From: Parasitella parasitica NRRL 2501
Lineage: Eukaryota > Fungi > Mucoromycota
Reading direction: 5' to 3'
DNA: 64,000 bases
Assembly: GCA_025201805.1 (NCBI GenBank)
Contig: MU619293.1
Location: forward strand, 123,823 to 187,822
In this document: piece after piece, positions 36,549 through 50,610 of the stretch
How positions within the stretch are numbered: position 1 is the stretch's first letter
Layout: each line of letters starts with the position of its first letter
Position numbers and translations under genes: made by a program
Notes under the pieces: model-generated
What the model saw: only the letters and a program-made list of their open reading frames with translations
Told to the model about the DNA's origin: nothing
Databases searched by the model: none

Positions 36549-37911
36549 ATGTCATTTATCGAGAAACCGATCGTTGAACACAAAGAGTCAAAGTCAAGCA
36601 ATTCCATCACAATTACAGGTACCACAGAAGAACCTGACATACAAAGAAAACTACAATCTCTAACATGACCAAGACTTTGAATATGAAAGCAGTGCTTCAT
36701 TTGTTGACGTTGACAGAACAAATGGTGCATCTTCAATCATGGCATACTTTAATGTCGTCTGTGTTGTAGCAGGAACAGGTATTCTGGGCCTCCCAATGGC
36801 ATTGAGGCAGGGCGGTTGGATTGGCTTATTTATTCTGTTTCTGTCTTGGACAATGTCTACTTATACTGCCTCCATCCTAATCCGCTGCCTATATGCAAAT
36901 GATAAGGGCCGTCTTTCTACATACAAGGAAATTGCTACTACAGCATTTGGCAGTATTGGCGGTTGGATCACATTCTTTTTCAACACATGGATTTTGCTTG
37001 GTGTGCCTGTGCTTTATTTGGTTTTGGGCGGAAACAACATTGATCAGCTTGCAGCAGGCACTGCTGCTGAACTTGGTCATGTTCCATGGACTATTATCAG
37101 TGCTGTGGCTGTTGCAGTTCCTTTTGTCCTTGTCAAGACTATGAAAGAGGTTGCTTGGCTGAGTGCCTTTAGTACAGTTACGATATTTGTTGTGGTTGTC
37201 ATTGGCCTGGTGATGTGTGCTGTTGACAAGCCTAATCAAGTCAATGTTCATCACGACGGAGTCATCTGGGATATGTTCCCCATTGCTTTGAGCACCATCT
37301 CGTTCAGTTTTGGCGGCAATGTCGTTTATCCGCATGTTGAAGCTGCTATGAAGAAGCCCAAAGATTGGAACAAGGTTGCTGCTGCTGGTCTCGGTACATG
37401 TGTTGCTCTCTACTACATTATCGCTGTTTGTGGCTATTTGGTCTATGGCAATCAAGTTAAAAATCCCATCTATAACTCACTCCCTGACGGCGTTCCCAAA
37501 ATTATTATCATTGTAATCATTACTTTGAATGTTCTGGCAACTGCACCTTTGTTGATGACTTCCTTCTCGCTAGATATTGAAGAAATGTTCAACATCACAG
37601 TAGAACGCCACGGTAAAATCAAGGAATTTCTCTTGCGTTCTGCTCTTCGTTTAACTACTACAGCAGTGGTTACTATTATCGCTTGCGTTGTTCCCCATTT
37701 TGGGGCGTTGATGTCATTAATTGGCGCTTTTGCGAACTGTACGCTCATCTTCCTTTTCCCTGTTATTTTGTACCTTAAACTTACAGGAATTAAAAGCAAA
37801 AGGCTTTATGAGCTTGCCTGGTGCTTTCTTGTTTGTCTTATGGGTATAGTTGGCCTTGTTTTTGGCACTATAGAGGCCATTAAGGAGCTGATTGTTGCTT
37901 ATGGTTCTTGA
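36549..37911 (+). CDS. Amino acid transporter (Aa_trans / AVT-like), paralog 2
   Basis: Exon MSFIEKP.., intron, then AYFNVVCVVAGTGILGLPMALRQGGW..FSFGGNVVYPHVEAAMKKP. Confidence 0.93.
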
Positions 37912-38503
37912 AAATTTTGCCTCGTATAATAGTCTCGTAAATACCCCAAATATATTTACCTTGGTCTTGATTAATAAAATCCTTTTCAATGATTTTTCAT
38001 ATTAATATAAGGCATCATTCAACTCTGGGAGCCATTGCAGTACCCCTGTTGACAAAGGTACTACAATATTATAATTCAAACTTTTGAAGGTTTGGTTACG
38101 TCTCAAATCTATATATATGGGTTTCATGATTGAATTTTAGATTTAACCCATACCCTTTTTGTAATTCATTTATTTAAGGTTTTTTTCACATAAGATTTTG
38201 TCCAGATTTCCCATGACCATTTAAATTAGAATTGTTGTGCGCTTTTGTAGCTAACTAGAAGGCCAAAAGAATGCATACGTAAATGCGACCAAAGCTTTTT
38301 CATTACTAAAACCCACCCCCCCTCCCCGTTTTGAACAGGCAGATACACTGTATCTCATCTTTTAAAAGGAGTTGTGCGAAAAAAGACTTGAAAAAAAAAA
38401 TTGACAGCATAAGAAATTTGGGGTATTATTGATTAGTTTTTATTTAAAAGGAAAAAGAAATGGCTATTTAATATGTACAATTGGGGAATGTGTAATTCTA
38501 TAT

Positions 38504-39861
38504 CTAGGAGCCAAAAGCTTTGATCAACTCCTTGATAGCTTCCATAGTACCGAAAATAAGGCCAACAAGACCAAGGAGTACTACCAGGAAGCACCAGGCA
38601 AGCTCAAAAATGGACTTATTTCTAATTCCAGTCAATTTAAGGTAAAAGACTACAGGGAATACAAAGATAAGAACACAATTTGCGAATGAACCGATGAGAG
38701 ACATCAATTCACCAAAGTGAGGGACACTGCAGGCAATAACGCCAACAACAGCGATAGTAAGGATGCGAACAGCAGCGCGAATCAAGAACTCCTTGACTTT
38801 ACCAAAGCGTTCGACCGAAATATTCATCATTTCTTCGACATCCAGCGCGAAGGAAGTGACCAAAATGGGAGCAGCAGTGAGTACGTGTAAAGTGATGACT
38901 ACGATAGCGACAGTCCTTGCAGCGCCAGCAGGAATTGAGTTATATATAGGAGAAACAACCTTATCGCCGTAGACCAAATAACCAGAGATGGCGGTAATGA
39001 AGTACATGGCAGCGCAGGTACTAAGACCACCAGCAACAACCTTGGGCCAATCGCGAGGTTTCTTCATGGAGGCTTCGACATGTGGATAGACAACATTGCC
39101 ACCGAAACTAAAAGAGATGGTACTCAAGGCAATGGGAAACATATCCCAGATAACAGCATCATGATGAACGTCAACTTGATTAGGCTTATCAATGGCAGCA
39201 CATATTAGACAGATAAAAACGACAATAAGAGTGGCAACCGCACCGAGAGCACTCATCCAAGCAACTTCCTTCATAGATTTGACGAGAACAAAAGGAATAG
39301 CGACGATAGCGCAAGAGATAATAGTCCAAGGAACCACACCAATTTCGCCAGCAGTGCCTTTACACAAATCGTTCAAGTTGGTTCCACTCAAAACCATATA
39401 CAAGACGGGGGCACCCAACAGAATCCAAGTATTGAAGAAAAAGGTGACCCAGCCGCCAATCCAGCCAAAAGACGCAGTGGCAATTTCTTTGTAAGTAGTT
39501 AAACGAGCCTTGCCATTAGCATATAGACAGCGAATCAAAATGATACCAGTGTAGATAGACATGGTCCATGACAAACACAGAATAAGAACACCTAACCAAC
39601 CGCCTTGTTTTAAAGCAAAAGGGAGACCAAGAGTACCAGTACCAGCAACAACACAGACTACATTGAAGTAAGCGAGAAACGATGAACCAGCATTTTCTCT
39701 GTTGACATCAACGAATTGATCAAGCCCATACTCGATTTCTAGTTTGTCAGACCATGATTAATTACAGATTTACGATCATCTGTACAGAATACATTACCAC
39801 TACCGACGTCGTTGACAGACTCTTGGTATTCGGCCTTCTTTTCATTAAATGAGGATGCCAT
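38504..39861 (-). CDS. Amino acid transporter (Aa_trans / AVT-like), paralog 3
   Basis: Exon MASSFNEKK.., intron, then AYFNVVCVVAGTGTLGLPFALKQGGW..FSFGGNVVYPHVEASMKKP. Confidence 0.93.
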
Positions 39862-40783
39862 TTATGTAATTGATGTGGGAGAGATGGATTGAAGAGAGAA
39901 ATGGAGATGTATATTGAAATGTCAATTTTCTCGAGCCCTTTTTATACCAATTTCTTGCAGTTCTATTGATGGAGGCTCCTCCCCCCCTCCCATCATCCAA
40001 TAACAATCTCAATTTCTTGATTTAGGCAAGAGGGTGGTTTCAAAAAGTCATATGCTCTGATGGAAAAAGCTTATCTTTTTTTATCGATAATCTCCTTCTA
40101 TTGGTTGATTCTATCCTAGATTTGTCTGTGTGTACCACTAATGGAAGATTCTAAACCTATTTGATCCCAATGGTTGGTGCTTGGACGATTCAATTTTGGG
40201 AAATTTCAAATTGGGCTTTTCATAATCTAAGATGGAAGATAGATGGTTGCATCGAGGAAATGTTTATATGCTTACATAAAACTACCCTAACTTTCTCATC
40301 TGACATGCTGGATACATGAAACTAAGATTGAGTTTTCTCACGAGAAGCGAAAAAGAACCATAATAAACATTCAATATATTTCAGTGCGACTTGGATCATG
40401 ATTTAGCAATGACTCAAAAGAGAAAGCTTGGTTTGATTAGTGCGCTTTTTTACACGGAGCTGAAATCTGTTTTGTAGAGTTCACCTTGTAAGATACGATC
40501 CGCGTCGCTCCTGATATACTTGCACTGAATAAGGTGATTTTCTTGTTGACAATCAACCTATCCCACGACTGTATACAAGATGCCTAGTTTCTACATCTTG
40601 CTATCTTTTGTTATAGATACAGTATCATTGTGTGAGATGAGATAATATACTGGTGCAACTTGATTACCGCCAGATTCAGATTCTTTTTCATGTTACATGT
40701 AATCATGTTTGGTTCCATCGTAACACAATCAGCGATCCAAAAAGGGATCATTTCCATTTTTAAAACGTCGTGTGAATTACTAT

Positions 40784-40940
40784 TATACGGTGCCTCTACC
40801 TCCAAATTTCGTTTTCCAATGAACTGATTCCGCTGCTACCAAAGTGCGCTTTCACATTACTCAATTACCGTGTTTTAATCTCAAAGTTTTATTAGAGTGA
40901 GGCAATTTCAAAAGTTATTGATAAAGCGTTGCGCAATATT
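40784..40940 (+). repeat. Deleted copy of the putative Tc1 left end found at 42021-42325
   Basis: tatacggtgcctctacctccaaatttcgttttccaa..ccaaagtgcgctttcacattactcaatt..aaagttattgataaagcgttg aligns collinearly with 42021-42325, with three internal gaps. Confidence 0.8.
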
Positions 40941-42020
40941 CTAGCTCTTTCACTAGCTTCAGTAATTCTAATTCTCAAATACTCAGTGTCCTAAGACTGA
41001 ATTTGCTTAACAGCGGTAATATGAATGAAGAAATCCATTTTTATAGATTGAGAAAGGTGAGTTTTCAAATATTATATGGATTAGACACACTGTTCGCGTT
41101 TATCTTTGGATTGAGCTACTACCATGTATGTAACCAATTTTGACAGGTTTTAATCATTTTGTTTATTTCTATCGATTTCAAGCATACGAAATACGAAAAC
41201 TTGTGTTTTTTCGGAATTAAAAAGATGGCACAAATCATGAGGTCCAAGTATACAGCAATACGAAATTACATCGCAGCTACAAGCAGTTGATACCACATAA
41301 AAGCTCGAGTCAAAAAAAAAAAAAAACTAGTAATTAATTGCACGTATATTTCCAGCAAATAACTTTTGTATTACAGTGGATCGAAAGAATAGAGATTGGT
41401 TTATGTTATCAAAACGTATACCTTTAAAATACTGATTAGTTTTGTTCACTGAATGGAAGTGTTCATTGTTACGTTAAGAAGAGTATTGATGCATATTTGC
41501 TTATTCATATGCTAATTTAATGCCCATAACGAGTTTTTTTTTTTGAATCTTTCCTTTGACTCGCTCGCTGCAGATGGCTGCATAGAAACATATATAATTT
41601 GTAAGCAGCCATGATATCAGGGTTTCTTTTCAAGATAAATTCACATTAGCGTGGCAAATATATCTATATTATATGCATAATATATGAAGGATACAAAGGG
41701 AGTTTCGTATCGATCAACCAAAATGAGTCTACTCCACTTGACATCAAAAAGTTACTCTAAATATAGAGCATACAACGTAGGCTGGTGCTGTGAAAATATA
41801 CGAAACAATAAGCGCACGTGGGAAGAAGCATATTAGGTAGTAATAACATAATAAGCGCATTTTTATGAAATATCTGCTCATTTAGATGCATATTTGCTTC
41901 CTGATTTGACAAGAAACACTTTGGTTCGGTCCTTGATGTCCATTTGGGTAGTGCATGTATACGCCCGTTGTATCCGTTGTTTTGCTGTGCCCTGCATTCC
42001 CTCTTTTGATGGTCAACAAA

Positions 42021-43270
42021 TATACAGCAGCTCCACCCCCCAAAGTTCGTTTTCCAACTTACCAAATTCGCTTTGGTCTCCAGAAGGGAATGTCTAAACA
42101 ACCAACAAAAGCGAATTTGAGCTACTTGCAAAAGCAAAATTAGGCCAATGAACTGATTACGCTTTTCTGTATTGACCAAAGTTATAAAGGCTTAACTTTC
42201 GATTCTGCTATTACCAAAGTTCGCTCTTACATTACTCAATTTTCGTGTTAAATATCAAAGGTTTATTAGAGTGGTTCTCTATTGAGGCAATTTTGAAAGT
42301 TATTGATAAAGTGTTGTCCAATATTTTGAAGGGCCTTTCTGCTAATACATTTTTATGCATGGTTGACACTCTAAAGGGCGCCTTATAGACTTCTTTAAAA
42401 TATTTGATAAAAATCAACTCGACCCAGGATAAACAAGATAGAACTATTGTCAATATGGAAGGAAGTCATGAGCAAGATGAAGCGTCTATCGAAACGGAAG
42501 ATAGCCAAGGACAAGATAAAAGTGATATCGACAACTTCGAAAGAAGTCAAGAGCAAATAACTGTGAATATAACGAGATATTGTAAAATATAGCTGCTATA
42601 ATGTGGTTCGGAATTGGCAATCTGATTTATAAACCTATTATTAATGTAACATGTTTAATAGGTCAAAGATGATGGACATTCTTTTGGATAGCAGCAAAGA
42701 CTATCATTTTTTAGTATATGACGTTGAGTAAGTGTACAGACACATGGAAGGAATATAAGTTTGCTAATTCTTCGGAGAATATATGGAGATTCGATACGGA
42801 GAGTCTCTTCAGCTACCAGAAGTTGGACGCTACAAATGGGCAAATGAATAGGCTGTTAATTCAAACATGATTTATCTTGAGAACTATATTTTCGTGAATG
42901 AAACTGGCTTCAATATCAACACGAGAAGCTCTTTTACTCGTTCAATAAAAGGAACGCCAGCACTTTAGTAGGAGCTATAACAGCAAAAAATGTCATTACT
43001 CTTGAGAAGATTAAGATTGCTGGAGACCGAAAGAGAAAATCACTTGTAGGTGAACAAGAGGAACTATGACTGGGGTAGAGGCTCATAACCACGGCATGGG
43101 ACGAAATGGACAAGTTCCTATTGTTATGGGTAATGCACTTGCTCAAAACTCGCAAGATACAACATCAATGATTGAAGTGGGAGATTACAAAGTAATGCAT
43201 TCCTGCTTATTTACTTGAGCTCAACTCAATCGAGAACTTTGATTGATTGCCAAAGGTGCCGAAGCTTCCA
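42021..43270 (+). mobile_element. Degenerate Tc1/mariner (IS630-like) DNA transposon
   Basis: Starts TATACAG. Frameshifted translation RYKWANE..NYIFVNETGFNINTR..IKGTPA..GAIT..KRK..DEMDKF..IVMGNA..PAYLLELNSIENF matches FIDEAGF / VMDNA / YSPELNPIE. Both catalytic Asp are mutated; the right end is not resolved. Confidence 0.8.
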
Positions 43271-43866
43271 TCTATTCGAATTTTAGATAATAATTAAAGG
43301 AAAATTTATTGAACACATTAATGGTGAACATGGATAAGTAAGAGGTAACAGCAGCATCGATGATGACGACCTCATTTTGGGTCTACTTCACAAGTAGTAG
43401 TTCGCTGCGACCGATCAGACCGGCTTGTCAATGGAAGAAAATTTGCCGTAACAAAAGTCGAATTTGGTTTTATTTTGTTGCTCATGGAAGTCAACAGCAG
43501 CACAATTAATCAACATGAACATTTGCAGATGCTTAAATAACGATCCATCCAGCCTAAACAGCGTTTTTTTTTTTGTTTAACTCATTTTATTATTATTTAT
43601 ATATAGTGATTCACTTTTTTTTTTGTATATAGCTATTTACATCTACTTAGATTGTTTCTGTGTTTTGTTGTTCTTGATTTTGAAGAGGGAGCGTATGGTA
43701 AAAGTATCGAAAAAAAAAAGCGAAAAAGGTTGACAAAATAATAAAATAAAAGAATTTGATAGCGATTTTGGTTAAGAAGAGATAAAGAAAAGTAATTTGT
43801 ATAGATCTATAATAAATGATAAAGAAAATGAAAGAGAATATAATAGAATACGATCAAAATTAAGGC

Positions 43867-45975
<2,109 letters not shown>

Positions 45976-46148
45976 AGTTTTCTGACTAAAATAAATTTTC
46001 TAATATAAAAAAAAAGAAAAAAAAAGGAGAGAAAGGTTGATTCAGGCTTTGTTTTCTCTTTGCTGTGGTAACGTCGAAATCCTTAGTTCGAAATCCAAAA
46101 AAGTTATCAAACATGAAAAATTTTATTAGCCAATGACACGATATCACT

Positions 46149-47872
46149 TCACTGCGCCACCCATGTGTACTTTTTGTGAATTCGGTTGCTCTGGATGGTC
46201 TTAGAAATATGCTGCTCAAGTAGGCACTTCCAGAAACGCACACTTTTGAAATTATCGCAGAAAAGATAGACATTGGAGCTACCAAATGTCAAAACAATGC
46301 CATGTTTTTTTCCGAGATATATTTCTTCCTTGATGTCTTCTGAGGGATTAATGTCAACTTGATTCAAGCCTTTCAAATGAAACTTGTCGACTGGAGCACC
46401 TCTTTCGTTTAGTCTCAAAACAAGCTGGTTTGATTGATAGGAAACCCAGTACCTATTCCATGACTGCAGCAAAGTGGTTAGCTTGGTCAATAATTTGAGT
46501 ATTTTACTTACAGGATGGGTATCACTTTTGACATAGAATGTTAGATAATCTCCTGCTTGACAAAATCTCAACACATCCTGATCTATAGGGGTGCACAGCT
46601 CCTCTTCAAAATATGCTTCTCCTTGATGCTGCTGCTCAGCCTGTTGCTTGTCAGATTCTTCCAGCCAAAAGGCAATTGTTAACTCCAATGCTACTGCTGT
46701 GGATGTCTTGATTGAGTATCTTCCAATGCCCTTGTTAGCAAAGCTGGATAGCGGATCTAAACCTGAGTCAAGTACTAATTGTCCTCGATGAACGGTGGAC
46801 AGCTCCTCTTCTTCTTCTGTATTGTTATTGTCAGCCAAATCCAATCTTGATTTAAATGATCTGAGACGGTTGACAAGTGAATGGCTCGGCAATGGCTTGA
46901 TGCAGAGATCACATTCAACTTGAAAACGTCCTTGAACATGGCTATTCTCGATATTCGACATGTAAATATTTGGTATTTATGTATAGCGCAAAAATCTACA
47001 CTCACAACGATAAAGCAGCACGAGGATGTGCTGCGCTGATTCCTTTCGCTACTCGTTTCATAGCACCTGTATGCGTTTGAATTGGATTATCGGTTACTTT
47101 CATGTTCATCTTGTATTGGTAATCTAGTTGACCTGTGCTCAATGATCATTTGATATTTCATGCGTAGTTTGGCACTTACTTTTCGCAGACCCAATATTCG
47201 TAACCTGCAAAACTAGCGTATATTCATTAAGACAGTGATGTAAGATGGTGCCATATATTCATAGTACTTACTGCGACAGTGGAGCGTCAGTCGCTGGTCA
47301 AGCGCATTAGGCAGAACAGAACTAGAGTACAAAGTACCCTCCTCTTGATCGTGTTCAAACTCTGAGAGATCCATATTTACTCCTTTCCTTTGCTCATCCA
47401 AATTGGACAGCCATTTTTGAATTGATTTTCCTACCCAAGTTGTTGCTCTTGTAAGCCCATTTTTAGATGATGACTTTGATCCGATAGATATGGCATTTTC
47501 TACACTTGGCAGTCTAGGCAAAGCGCGGTTCAACAATTCAGTATCTGTGATTATGGATAGATTCGGCATTGTAGATGATTTCTTTGGCGGTGGCGTAGGT
47601 GGAATAGATGCAATATCTGCCAAATAATCGTTGGAATCAAATAGCACACTAGAAGGCGCTGTAGATTTTTGTTGAGGTACGATTTGATTCCAAATCTTTT
47701 TGGCGTGAATGGAGGACACTTTTGCAGACAGAAAATGGGTGATAGAAGGCGACTTTATGGTCAGCTTTCTTGTCAGCGGTTGCTCAGGACCAACAGCGCT
47801 TGATTTCTTCATTTTTAACGCATTTAATGACAGCATTTTCTTCTTTGGAGAACGATGGAAATAAAGGTCCAT
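46149..47872 (-). CDS. C-terminal PH-domain protein (possibly anillin/Bud4-like), multi-exon
   Basis: ORFs 47213-47872 and 46149-46961 plus small middle exons. GDYLTFY..WNRYWV..LVL..FHLKGL..IVLTF..YLFCDN..FWK is PH-like; the family assignment is tentative. Confidence 0.6.
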
Positions 47873-47967
47873 TGATTAAATGAGAACAAAATCAAGGTAC
47901 AAAATATTCAAGTTTTAATTATAAATATGAAAGCTAAACATTCTTTTAAACGTATAAATTTCCGGTT

Positions 47968-49098
47968 TCAGTTGACAATTTGATTATACTCTGGATTACA
48001 TTCAATTTGCACACTTTTGATGAATGCTTGAATGGATTGAGGAGCAGACCACTGGACAAAAAAAGTTATTACACGACTGTGAAATTACGCACATATTCGA
48101 TGTGGATCTTACATCGATGGGTCCTTTAGACCATTCTGCTGTTCCAGATTCTATGCTTCCGTCCCACAATCCAAACTGGACTCGTCTAAATGTAAAAATG
48201 TCAAATGGAGAATTAACACTAGACCACAAAGCAAATAACAAAAAAAAAAAAAAAAATATCTTACGCTGGTTGTGATGGAAATTTGCACACGCCTGTTGTA
48301 TCGCATGTCTCTGCTTTGATTCTCGTGCGTACAACTTTATCATCCACAAGCCATTCAATTCTATCTGGTTTCCAATCAATAGAGTATTTATGAAAAGTCG
48401 TAGCGATAGGCCCGCCTTCCACCTTGTGTATACCACCATTCACGTTGTATTCCTTTGATTTACCCCAGAAATAGTTGCTCCTAGTGCCAACCGGCAAATT
48501 TGAGTGCTCATCCTAACCCTAAACCTAACCCTACTTACTGTACTTGGTCTTTATCTCCACCCAAGAACTCAAAATCGATCTCGTCGCCCCCATCCGCCAT
48601 TAAAATAAATGCAGTGACAGCCCCGCCAGTACCAGCAGATCGCATTGTAGCAGACACTTTGCCGTATCTCATGTAACTGGTAGCGTTTAACGTAGGGCCT
48701 CTTCCGCCAATTTCATTATAAGGTAAATTGTTCTGATCATGTAAACGAACATATTTGCTTGGAGACAACAAATGCAATTGAATGCCATTCCCAGCAATAT
48801 CATATGTGTCTTGCATACTATTTTCCACTTGCCATCCAGATGTGTCCTTTGAAAAATCTGTGTTGTACTTTTTACAGACAGTCTTTTGTTCTCCACTTGT
48901 TGCTATGTATTCAGGTGGTGGCAATTGATGTCTATTTACCGCGATTCGATTTGTTGGAACTGGCGCATACATGACGGAAGACACAATTGCTTGATCGTCC
49001 TGTTCTGCTCTTGATGCTTCTTCTTGGTCATCCTCTAATCCCTGAGCAAATACAATTGTTATAAAAACTAGTAGCAGTATGCTTTTGATAAGCAACAT
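47968..49098 (-). CDS. GH16 Crh-like transglycosylase, secreted (4 exons)
   Basis: Signal peptide; YMRYGKVSATM..GAVTAFILM..GDEIDFEFLG (ExDxE) /SNYFWG..FHKYSIDWKPDRIEWLVDD..FPSQP/RVQFGLWDG..EWSKGPID/W..IKSVQIEC. Confidence 0.9.
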
Positions 49099-49240
49099 TT
49101 TCTTTGTAGAGACGATTTCGAAACAAAAACAAAAAAAAAAAGAGAGAAAGAGATGCTTTTATTTGATACATGGTCAAGGAAATAATCATGTCAAAAGCTA
49201 CGATTTGTTTGTCGTGTAACTATACGCGGGAAATTTCATC

Positions 49241-49518
49241 TTAATCTTCTTCATTTTTGGTCTTTTCAACAGGGAAATAACGTTTAACGAGTGGAATTTT
49301 GCTCAATACGTCTTTTCTGACCAAAGGGACATCAGATCCAAGTAATAATAAGGCTGTAGCAGAAGCTACTCCCCACACTACCAATGTAGGAGTTCTAATG
49401 GATGTGTTATTCACAATCAACTGTGGCACAGACTTCGTTATACAACTTACGTCTTGATGAATTTGCTAGGTGTTATAAAATTAAAGTGAGGTTCTGAATA
49501 AATTTGTGCAGTAACCAT
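49241..49518 (-). CDS. QCR10: Cytochrome bc1 complex subunit 10
   Basis: MVTAQIYSEPHFNFITPSKFIKT/TPTLVVWGVASATALLLLGSDVPLVRKDVLSKIP is the Qcr10 pattern; one intron. Confidence 0.82.
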
Positions 49519-50610
49519 TGATTAGTGTTGTGTAAAATATATGAGAATAAACGAAAAGAGAGCCATTACCTCTTTAAAATAGCTTTTATCCACTCTATCC
49601 ACTCACCCTAGCAAGAATCAAACCTTTTTTCCATCGACGTAAGCAAATATTAATGCATTGTTTCATTTGTAATTGGGGCGCACCAGACCTTTATATTTAT
49701 TATAATTATTATTGAACCCTCTTCTTTTTGCTATCCCTAACATTTTTTAAAACTACAAAAAACATAAACACTATTGGTAATTAACCTCCTTTGATGTACA
49801 GTTGCTGATCCAAGTATAGGTCATGCTAATTAGCGAGAGTAGTGTAGTTGCAATGATCACATCTGGTAACTTTGTGTGATATGGTTATTGTACCAGCCAC
49901 CAACACACCAAGTATTAAAGTCTAATATGGTTATGCGAACAAGTAAAATTGTAGACCTTGCTAGTGAACAGGATGAAAGTAAGAACTTTACAACAGCACT
50001 TGGTGGGCGAATGAAGCAAGGCTAACCAGCGTATTCGACAAAGAGAAATATTGGAATATCAAGTTTATCAATCATCATTTGTAATGTCTCTATATAAGTG
50101 GAGAAGCAGTATGAGCACCAACTGAGTTTCGTTGGAAAAACTCTTGTCGCTGGAAGATGGTCCAACCTCTACCAAGGAAGTGTTTATTATTTTTTAAGCG
50201 TCATGTGAATATGATCCACGTTCCCGATAATTCTGCATAAAATATGCAACATCTACTACTTTTTCAAAAAATATCTTCGACAACAAGTGCACAAATAGTC
50301 CATGATCTACATACACCGTCGTGAGTTTTTAGGATACACTTGAGGATCCAAATTTAGTTTCATTTTGTCAAAAAGAAGAGCAAAAAGAAGAGCAAAAAGA
50401 GAGAAGAAAGGGATGAAAGATGATGGGAGGGAAAATGGGAGAGCATTTCCCTAATCGAGATTTGTGTGTGCACCAAGAGCCATACCAGGCTGACCACATT
50501 TGTAAGTGATACAAATACACGCTCTTGTGTGATCCTCCTTTTTTTTCTATTTTATTATTTCTTCCCTCTTTGTTATATTTGCACAACTTTTTCTTTACTA
50601 TATATTTTAA

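Noticed and set aside
48512-48533. Telomere-like CCTAACCCTAAACCTAACCCTA in a GH16 intron
   Set aside because: Only 3-4 imperfect units; most likely a simple microsatellite.
49880-50090. EARLTSVFDKEKYWNIKFINHH, reminiscent of a MULE/FAR1 zinc-finger end
   Set aside because: Key Cys/His residues are missing and no DDE region is visible; too weak.
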